64,000 nucleotides of DNA from Candidatus Eiseniibacteriota bacterium (GTDB taxonomy: Bacteria > Eisenbacteria > RBG-16-71-46): positions 203,956 through 267,955 of the forward strand of contig JBBRLX010000001.1 of NCBI GenBank assembly GCA_038231135.1. The letters run 5' to 3'. The notes under the pieces were generated by a model. The model ran no database searches, was not told the DNA's origin, and saw only the letters and a program-made list of their open reading frames with translations. This document shows positions 57,069 to 64,000 of this stretch, piece by piece (positions within the stretch are counted from its first letter, which is position 1; every line of letters begins with the position of its first letter). The position numbers and the translations under genes are program-made.

Positions 57069-58310
57069 TCAAAATCGCGCCGTGACGCTCGGCACCACGT
57101 ACCACCGTGGGTGCCAGCGCAGCCGCTGGTCGAGGAACTGGCCGTCGGGCGAATAGCCCCGGTACCACTCGAGCGACACCAGCCACTCGCGGCCGGCGAG
57201 CGGTGCGCCGTGTTCGGACGCGGACCGTGGCCAGAGCGTGGCGCCCAGCATCGCGTGCCACGACCCGGCATAGTGGCGGAACTCGCGGCCGTACGGCGCA
57301 TCGGTCCACAGCCGCGGCGTCCACGCCTCGGTCTCGCCGCCGGGGTTGTCGCCCGCGGCGAAGTTGTATGGCTTCGCGAGCCGCAGATCCACGGCGCCGT
57401 ACCAGCCCGTCTCGAAGCGGGGCTGGCGTGCGAGGCCGTCGAGCGCGCGCGTCAGCCAGCCGTCATGGGGATCGGCGGCGTTCGCGGACGTGCGGAACTC
57501 GGCGCCCGCGCGCCATGCGGGCGAGCGGAAGTTCGCCGGATGCAGCTCGCCGACCCGCCACGATCGCGGCAGCGCGAGGCGCGATTCGCCGCCGCCGTAA
57601 GCCCTCGCGATCGAGCCGTGGTCGTCCCAGCGCGGTGACCACTCGACCGACATGATGCCGTCGACCGCCTCGTAGGTCAGGTTGAAGCGCTTGACCGGCG
57701 GATGGTCGAAACCGCTGCCGGCGACCGGATCGATGTCGCGATTGTGTCCGAAGCGCGACTGCGACAGGTATTCGTCGCCGAGGTGCGAGCTGCGATGGAA
57801 CACCGCGAGCCGCGATGTCACGACCGGCCGTTCGAGCAACCGCTCCGCCTCCGCGTCCGGCGGCCGTCCGTTCCATTGCACGTCGAACGCGCCGCCGAAC
57901 TGGAAGTCCGTGTTGAGCAGCGAGCCGGTGTTGTCGAACTGCGCGAACACGCCGACGGGAACCGAGAACTGCCACGCGGCCCACGGCGGCGCCACGCCGA
58001 ACAATCTCCGCAGCGGCTGCCACCGGAACGTGGTCGCGCCGGCGGCCTCCCAGATGATGCCGGTGCGATCACGCTCGACCCCGCCGTGGCTCGTGGAGTC
58101 GGTGATGTCGCTGCCGTAGCGCCAGTCCTCGGTGTACGACACCATCCGCCACCGTGACAGCGCCTCGCGCGGGTCGGCGGTCAGCGGCCGGAACAGCGCC
58201 GCCGCGTGGGCCGCGGCCGCGAGCGCCGCCGCCGCGAGCGCGACGGCGCACACGCCCGCAACCCGGGCGCGGGCGGGCGCGCATCTCGACGTCACGGAAC
58301 GGCGGAGCAT
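57069..58310 (-). CDS. DUF1207-like outer-membrane beta-barrel protein
   Basis: Signal peptide, FRPLTADPRE, LLNTDF, FHRSSHLGDEY, EWYRGYSP.GQF, C-terminal Phe. Confidence 0.75.
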   Translation of the reverse strand: MLRRSVTSRCAPARARVAGVCAVALAAAALAAAAHAAALFRPLTADPREALSRWRMVSYTEDWRYGSDITDSTSHGGVERDRTGIIWEAAGATTFRWQPLRRLFGVAPPWAAWQFSVPVGVFAQFDNTGSLLNTDFQFGGAFDVQWNGRPPDAEAERLLERPVVTSRLAVFHRSSHLGDEYLSQSRFGHNRDIDPVAGSGFDHPPVKRFNLTYEAVDGIMSVEWSPRWDDHGSIARAYGGGESRLALPRSWRVGELHPANFRSPAWRAGAEFRTSANAADPHDGWLTRALDGLARQPRFETGWYGAVDLRLAKPYNFAAGDNPGGETEAWTPRLWTDAPYGREFRHYAGSWHAMLGATLWPRSASEHGAPLAGREWLVSLEWYRGYSPDGQFLDQRLRWHPRWYVVPSVTARF

Positions 58311-58367
58311 GACGGCACTCTAGAAGCAGGTTCCGCGGCGCGACAAGCTCGTGCGTATACTGCGACG

Positions 58368-59645
58368 ATGCGATTCTCCTCACGCGTGCCGTTCACCCTC
58401 GCACCCAACGACTGGTCCGCACGCGTAGCGGCATTGCGCCGCGCCGGCGCAACCACGATCGACCTGACCGAGGCGAATCCGACGCGCACCGGACTTGGGC
58501 CCGGCGTACCGGCGCTGCCGGCCGCGTGGTCCGGAGCCGCGCTCGCGCGCTACGACCCCGATCCGCTCGGCGCCGTCGGAGCGCGCGAGGCGATCGCTCG
58601 CTACCACGCCGATCGAGGCCACAGCGTCGGGCCCGACGCGATCGTGCTCACGGCCGGCACCAGCGAGGCGTATGCGCACGCGTTCCGGCTGCTCGCCGAT
58701 CCCGGCGAGGCGGTGCTGGTGCCGCAGCCGAGCTACCCGCTGTTCGTGCCGCTGGCGCGCGCCGAGGGCGTCGCGGTCGTCCCGTACCGGCTCGCGTGGG
58801 ACGGGCGCTGGCATGTGGACTTCGCGAATCTCGAGCAGGCGATCGGTCCGCGGGCGCGGGCGATCGTCGTCGTGCAGCCCAACCATCCCACCGGCTCGTG
58901 CCTGGCGCCCGACGAGCAGCGGCGACTGGCCGAGCTCGCGGCCCGGCGCGGGCTCGCGATCGTGTCGGACGAAGTATTCGCGGATTTCGCGTGGCCTGCC
59001 GAGTTTCGCGGCGCGGGCGAGGGATTTCGAAACCTCGGGCGCCCGCGGCGGGCCACGGAGGCCGTCACGAGCGCGCCGGCGCCGGCGCCGCCGCCGGCGC
59101 CCGGCGACGGCAGCGCGCTGCCCAGCTTCGCCGGCGAGCGCGAGGCGCTCACGCTGGTGCTGAGCGGAGTCTCGAAGGTCTGCGGCCTGCCGCAGATGAA
59201 GGCCGGCTGGATCGCGGTCGCGGGCCCCGCGGCCGCGCGCCGGGCCGCGGTGCAGCGGCTCGAGTGGCTCGCGGACCTGTTCCTGTCGGTCGCGGCGCCG
59301 GCTCAGCTCGCGCTGCCCGAGTGGCTCGCGCATCGCGGGGCGTTCCAGGCGCGGGCGCGCGCGCGCATCGCCGGGAATCTCGAACAGCTCGCCGCCGCGT
59401 GCGGGCGCACGCCCGCGCTCACGGTGCTGCCGGCCGACGGCGGCTGGACGGCGGTGGTGCGGCTCCCCGCGCGCCGCGACGAGGCGGGGTGGACGAACGA
59501 GCTGCTCGATCGGGGCGTGATCGTCCACCCCGGGCACTTCCACGACTTCGACATGGAGCCGGTCGTCGTCGTCAGCCTGATCGTGCCACCCGAGCCGTTC
59601 GTCGAGGGCATCGCGAGACTGGAACGCGCGGTCGCCGACAACTGA
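58368..59645 (+). CDS. PLP-dependent aminotransferase class I/II
   Basis: DLTEANPT, TAGTSEAY, PSYPLF, PNHPTG, SDEVFAD, SGVSK..GLPQMK.GW. Confidence 0.88.
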   Translation: MRFSSRVPFTLAPNDWSARVAALRRAGATTIDLTEANPTRTGLGPGVPALPAAWSGAALARYDPDPLGAVGAREAIARYHADRGHSVGPDAIVLTAGTSEAYAHAFRLLADPGEAVLVPQPSYPLFVPLARAEGVAVVPYRLAWDGRWHVDFANLEQAIGPRARAIVVVQPNHPTGSCLAPDEQRRLAELAARRGLAIVSDEVFADFAWPAEFRGAGEGFRNLGRPRRATEAVTSAPAPAPPPAPGDGSALPSFAGEREALTLVLSGVSKVCGLPQMKAGWIAVAGPAAARRAAVQRLEWLADLFLSVAAPAQLALPEWLAHRGAFQARARARIAGNLEQLAAACGRTPALTVLPADGGWTAVVRLPARRDEAGWTNELLDRGVIVHPGHFHDFDMEPVVVVSLIVPPEPFVEGIARLERAVADN

Positions 59646-59802
59646 ACCGGTGCGTCGCGGGCCCTGGACTCCGCGCTCGTCCGAGCATATCCGCGCCGGG
59701 GCCGCCGGGTTTGTGCCTGCCGGGTACCGCTGACTACGCTGCCCGGACTTGATGACCCTTCGGAACGAAATCCGGGAACGTACACGGAGCAAAGGAGAAC
59801 GC

Positions 59803-62679
59803 ATGCAGGCTGCGCACATCACCACCCCGACGCCGCGCGGTCGTGCGGGGCTGGCATTCAGGACCCTGACCGGGGCGTTACTGCTGGTGATGCCGCTCGG
59901 ACTGCTCGCGGGCTGCTTCGGTTCGCAGGGGGGTTCGGCTAGAGTGCCCGTCGTGAAACTCGACTACGAGAAGTACACGCTGCCCAATGGGCTCGACGTC
60001 ATCCTCCGCAAGGACAGCCGCCTGCCGCTGGTGGCGGTGAATCTCTGGTACCACGTGGGACCCGCGAACGAGGCGGCCGGTCGCACCGGCTTCGCTCACC
60101 TGTTCGAGCACATGATGTTCCAGGGCTCGGGTCACATGCAGCCCGACACGTACTTCGCGTACCTCGAGGGCGCGGGCGCCTCGTTCGTGAACGGCACCAC
60201 CGATTTCGATCGCACGAACTATCTCGAGGACGTGCCGTCGAACCAGCTCGAGCTGGCGCTGTGGCTCGAGAGCGATCGCATGGGATTCCTGCTCGACCGT
60301 CTCGACCAGGGCATGCTGTCGAACCAGCAGGACGTGGTGCGCAACGAACGCCGCCAGAGCATCGAGAACGCGCCGTACGGCCTCGCCGAGGAAGAGGTGT
60401 TCCACCAGTTGTTCCCGCAGGGGCACCCGTACTACGCGTCCGTGATGGGCTCGCACGCGGACATCCAGGCCGCGCACCTGGGCGACATCCGCGACTTCTT
60501 CAAGCGCTACTACACGCCGAACAACGCCAGCCTCGCGATCGTGGGCGACATCGACATCGCGAACACGAAGCAGCTGGTCGAGAAGTACTTCGGCACGATC
60601 GCGCGCGGCCCGGACGTGCCCGCGGTGACGGTGCAGACGCCCCCGATCTCGAAGGAGCGCCGCTCGGTGGTGACCGACCGGGTCGAGCTGCCGCGCGTGT
60701 ACCTGTCGTGGATCACGCCGCCGATCTTCAAGCCGGGTGACGCCGAGGCCGACGTGGCCGCCCAGATCTTGGGCCGCGGCAAGGCCAGCCGCCTGTACCG
60801 CTCGCTGGTGTACGACCGCAAGATCGCGCAGGACGTGTCGGCCAGCCAGCAGTCGCTGACCCTGGGTTCCGTGTTCCAGGTGACCGCCACCGCCAAGCCC
60901 GGCCACACCGCCGAGGAGCTGGAGGCGGCGATCGACACCGAGATCGATTCGCTCGCGCGCTCGGGCCCCACGGCCGAGGAGCTGGACGGCGCCAAGAACA
61001 AGATCACCTCGAACATGATCATGAATCTGGAGAACCTCGGCGGCTTCTCGGGTGTTGCGAATTTATTGAATTACTACAATCACCATCTGAAGGACCCCGG
61101 TTATCTCAATAAGGACCTCGAGCGCTACACCGCGGTCACAGCGGATCAGGTAAGAGGCTTCGTCGCCTCGCAGCTCGGCAAGAACCAGCGCGTGGTGGTA
61201 CACGCCGTGCCCGGCGAGAAGCTGATCCCCGCCGAGCCGCCGCCGGCGCCGCCCGTGGCCGACGCCGCGGCCGCCAAGCCCGCCGAGTCGGCGGAGCCGT
61301 GGCGGAAGCAGAAGCCCGCGCCCGCCGCCCTGTCGGCCGCGCCGCTGCCGAGCGCCAAGACGTTCAAGCTCGCGAACGGGCTGACCGTGTATCTCGTCGA
61401 GTCGCATGCGCTGCCGGTCGTCTCGGCACACCTGCAGCTGCGCTCGGGCAGCGCGGCCGATCCGCCCAATCTGCCGGGCCTCGCGGGCTTCACGGTGGCG
61501 ATGCTCGACGAGGGCACGAAGCAGCGCGACGCGCTCGGCATCGCGCGCGAGATCGAATCGCTGGGCGCCCAGATGGGGTCCGGCACGATCTCGGACGGCA
61601 GCTCGGTATGGGTGCAGTCGCTGCGCCAGAATCTCGACAAGGCGATGGACGTCGCGTCGGACATCGTGCTGAACCCCACGTTTCCGCAGAACGAGATCGA
61701 CCGCGTGCGCAACGACCGGCGCACCGCCGTGATGCAGGAGAAGGATTCGCCGATCCAGACGGCGCTGCGCGTGACGACCGCGAGCCTGTTCGGCTCGAGC
61801 CATCCGTACGGCCACGTTCCGCTCGGCACCGAGCAGGCCATCGGCGCGGCGACGCGCGATGATATTGTGAAGTTCTATAACGCGTCGTTCGGGCCCGCGA
61901 ACGCGGCGCTGGTGCTCGCAGGCGACATCACCGAGCCCGAGGCGCGGAAGCTCGCCGAGAAGTCGTTCGGGTCGTGGAAGGGCTCGGGCGCGCCGATCCC
62001 GCCGCCGCCCGCGGGAACGCGCATTCCCGAGCGCGTCGTGATCGTCGACAAGCCCGGCTCGCCCCAGACCCAGGTGCTGCTCGCGCAGCAGGGCGTGATG
62101 CGGTCGGATCCCGACTTCGAGAAGCTCGACGTGGCGAACCAGATCCTGGGCGGACTGTTCTCGAGCCGGCTCAATCTGAATCTGCGCGAGAAGAACGGCT
62201 TCACCTACGGCGCGTTCTCGGCCGTCGTCCAGCGCCGCGGCATCGCGCCGATCTACGCCGGCGCCGCCGTGAAGACCGAGGTGACCGGCCGCGCGATCGA
62301 GGAGAGTTTCAAGGAAGTGAACGGCATGCTGGCGAAGGAGGTCAGCCCCGACGAGCTCAAGCTCGCGAAGGAATCGATCTCGCGCTCGCTACCCGCGCTG
62401 TTCGAAACCTCGGAGAGCACGGTCGCCACGTTCGGCACGCTGTTCCTGTTCGACCTGCCGCCCGATTATTACCAGGGACTGCCGTCCCGGCTGGAATCCA
62501 TGACCGCTTCCGACGTATTCGACGCCACCCGCCGGCGGCTCAAGCCCGACGACATGCTGGTGATCGCCGTCGGCGACAAGAAGACGATCGAGCCGCAGAT
62601 CGAGAAATTGAAGCTGGGGACGATCACGTATCGCACCGCCGATGGCGGCGAGCCGGCGCAGGCGATGCGAAACCCGTAG
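59803..62679 (+). CDS. M16 family zinc metallopeptidase (fused two-half type), lipoprotein
   Basis: AAGGAG RBS, LLAGC lipobox, GFAHLFEHMMF (HXXEH), NGTTDFDRTNY, SRLNLNLREKNGFTYG. Confidence 0.93.
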   Translation: MQAAHITTPTPRGRAGLAFRTLTGALLLVMPLGLLAGCFGSQGGSARVPVVKLDYEKYTLPNGLDVILRKDSRLPLVAVNLWYHVGPANEAAGRTGFAHLFEHMMFQGSGHMQPDTYFAYLEGAGASFVNGTTDFDRTNYLEDVPSNQLELALWLESDRMGFLLDRLDQGMLSNQQDVVRNERRQSIENAPYGLAEEEVFHQLFPQGHPYYASVMGSHADIQAAHLGDIRDFFKRYYTPNNASLAIVGDIDIANTKQLVEKYFGTIARGPDVPAVTVQTPPISKERRSVVTDRVELPRVYLSWITPPIFKPGDAEADVAAQILGRGKASRLYRSLVYDRKIAQDVSASQQSLTLGSVFQVTATAKPGHTAEELEAAIDTEIDSLARSGPTAEELDGAKNKITSNMIMNLENLGGFSGVANLLNYYNHHLKDPGYLNKDLERYTAVTADQVRGFVASQLGKNQRVVVHAVPGEKLIPAEPPPAPPVADAAAAKPAESAEPWRKQKPAPAALSAAPLPSAKTFKLANGLTVYLVESHALPVVSAHLQLRSGSAADPPNLPGLAGFTVAMLDEGTKQRDALGIAREIESLGAQMGSGTISDGSSVWVQSLRQNLDKAMDVASDIVLNPTFPQNEIDRVRNDRRTAVMQEKDSPIQTALRVTTASLFGSSHPYGHVPLGTEQAIGAATRDDIVKFYNASFGPANAALVLAGDITEPEARKLAEKSFGSWKGSGAPIPPPPAGTRIPERVVIVDKPGSPQTQVLLAQQGVMRSDPDFEKLDVANQILGGLFSSRLNLNLREKNGFTYGAFSAVVQRRGIAPIYAGAAVKTEVTGRAIEESFKEVNGMLAKEVSPDELKLAKESISRSLPALFETSESTVATFGTLFLFDLPPDYYQGLPSRLESMTASDVFDATRRRLKPDDMLVIAVGDKKTIEPQIEKLKLGTITYRTADGGEPAQAMRNP

Positions 62680-63422
62680 CTCTGAACTCGCGTCCTGCGC
62701 GAGTGGGGGGGGGGGCGTTGCGGCACACACGGCACGCGCCGGGGCGGATCGCTCCGGCGCGTGTTTGTGTCTAGGCGGGGGAATGGCATGCTTCCAGTGC
62801 GCAGGCTCGATCGGGAGAATCACCGGATGAACTCAACGGGATGGGTCGGTGCCGCTGTCGTTACCGCGTTGCCGTGAAGTCGCTCAAAAATCAGATGGTC
62901 TATGTGTTCGGACTGAGAACGCCGCTATCGGGCTCCCGCTGTGCGGGAGACAGCCACAGGTCGATGAGTGCCGGTCAGAGCGCGACGTGGTGGGTCCGAT
63001 TTGATGAAAAGAACACGCGCCGTGGCGTCTGCAGAGTCGCCGTGTCGCCCACCGCGATTTCGAGGAAGCATGGCACGGGAAGTAAGCGCGTCTTCGGCGC
63101 GGACCAGCCACTGGCTGCAGCGGAGCTGCACGATGGGTGGCTCGACGTCGAGGCCATGCATTGGGATCGGCGGTCGCGCGAGTTGCAATTGCCCTTTGTG
63201 CAGCATAAGCCCGTTCGCAAGACTCGGTTGGGTTCTGAACCGAACAAATTACATCAGCGCTTGCGATTGTGCTTGACGAGCCTGTTGGCCGAATCGGGGA
63301 CGCCCCGCCGCGGCTCGGCTGATAACGTGCCTGCGCACCCAGAGCGCCCGCCCGCGATCTTTGAAGCGCTTTGACACGAACGCTTTCATGACGATGCGCT
63401 TCACGCGATCTCACGCGCTCTA

Positions 63423-63493
63423 CGAGCGTGAAAACGAGCCACGCTACAATCATCGCGTCAACGCCCCCGCTCATCCATTTCCGTGAGCGACCC
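63423..63493 (+). promoter_or_regulatory. Conserved promoter/leader of HNH gene copy 2
   Basis: CGAGCGTGAAA-N11-TACAAT-N12-GCCCCCGCTCATCCATTTCCGTGAGCGACCC-ATG. Confidence 0.75.
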
Positions 63494-64000
63494 ATGAACA
63501 GCAACTCATTTCGCCACATCGCCAACCGCACCCTGCTTCAGAATCTCGCCGCGACGGTGCGTGTCGATTGCGGCACCACGGCCAAGATGCTCGGCGAGAT
63601 CGGCGAGGTCGATGCGCGCCGGCTTTACCTGGGTGAAGGTTACCCGTCGATGTTCGCGTATTGCGTGCACGTGCTGAACATGTCCGCCGACATCGCGTAC
63701 AAGCGCATTCAGGTCGCGCGGGCCGCGCGACGGTTCCCGGCGATTTTCGAACATGTCGCCGAAGGCAAGCTTCACCTGACCGCCATCGTGCTGTTGGCGC
63801 CGCATCTGAGGCCGGGGAATTCCAACGCCCTGCTCGCGGCAGCGATTCACAAGACCAAGCCCGAAATCCAGGACCTGCTCGCCGTCCGATTCCCGCAGCC
63901 GGATGTGCCGTTTCGGCTTGCTGCGGTTCCGTCACGCGTCGCTCAACTGGTTCCGGAACCAGTTGGCACGGCCGTCGAGCCGTTGACGTCAGATCCTGCA
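63494..64000 (+). CDS. Second DUF222-like/HNH-family paralog, truncated by the window end (absent from the ORF track)
   Basis: Translates MNSNSFRHIANRTLL…EVDARRLYLGEGYPSMFAYCVHVLNM…AYKRIQVARAARRFP…LHLTAIVLLAPHL…HKTKPEIQDLLAVRFP, colinear with the N-terminus of 5414-6808. Confidence 0.88.
   Translation, partial: MNSNSFRHIANRTLLQNLAATVRVDCGTTAKMLGEIGEVDARRLYLGEGYPSMFAYCVHVLNMSADIAYKRIQVARAARRFPAIFEHVAEGKLHLTAIVLLAPHLRPGNSNALLAAAIHKTKPEIQDLLAVRFPQPDVPFRLAAVPSRVAQLVPEPVGTAVEPLTSDPA
63944..63965. repeat. Perfect 22-bp intragenic palindrome in HNH paralog 2
   Basis: CAACTGGTTCCGGAACCAGTTG, in the same reading phase as the repeats of copy 1. Confidence 0.9.

Noticed and set aside
62705..62715. G11 homopolymer as a phase-variation tract
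   Set aside because: Intergenic, downstream of a stop codon, with no evident promoter or ORF affected; may be a sequencing artefact.
63315..63360. Possible integron attC site (GATAACGTGCC…)
   Set aside because: No matching GTTRRRY end or paired L boxes found, and no integrase.

Overview
High-GC bacterial chromosome segment. Gene content and order suggest a diderm FCB/Gemmatimonadota-adjacent lineage such as Candidatus Eisenbacteria; this is inference only. Most of it is housekeeping: dapE-dapC-dapD, folB-folK-dNK-panB-panC-glmU(N-terminal half)-HIT-LytR_C-tatA, a SurA/PpiD-type PPIase, a PAS kinase with a sigma54 response regulator, uvrA, a radical-SAM fusion with rne/rng, rplU-rpmA, mdh-kdsB-pyrG-kdsA-kdsC-kdsD, lptC-lptB-rpoN-hpf-hprK-mannose-type PTS-ptsH-ptsI-pgi/pmi-nucleotidyltransferase-metK, vapBC, ahcY and an M16 peptidase. 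The most notable non-housekeeping signals are: (1) two dispersed paralogs of a DUF222-like/HNH nuclease gene (5414-6808 minus; 63494->64000 plus) that carry in-frame 20-22 bp DNA palindromes with compensatory changes and share a conserved promoter/leader hairpin; (2) a 21-aa lysine-rich micro-ORF with sigma54 promoter architecture right after the two-component pair; (3) a nested-palindrome REP/MITE-like element with a triplicated left end; (4) an orphan IS481-like end; (5) three TMTC-like GT-C/TPR membrane proteins; (6) several apparently leaderless genes. No rRNA, tRNA or canonical CRISPR array was recognised.
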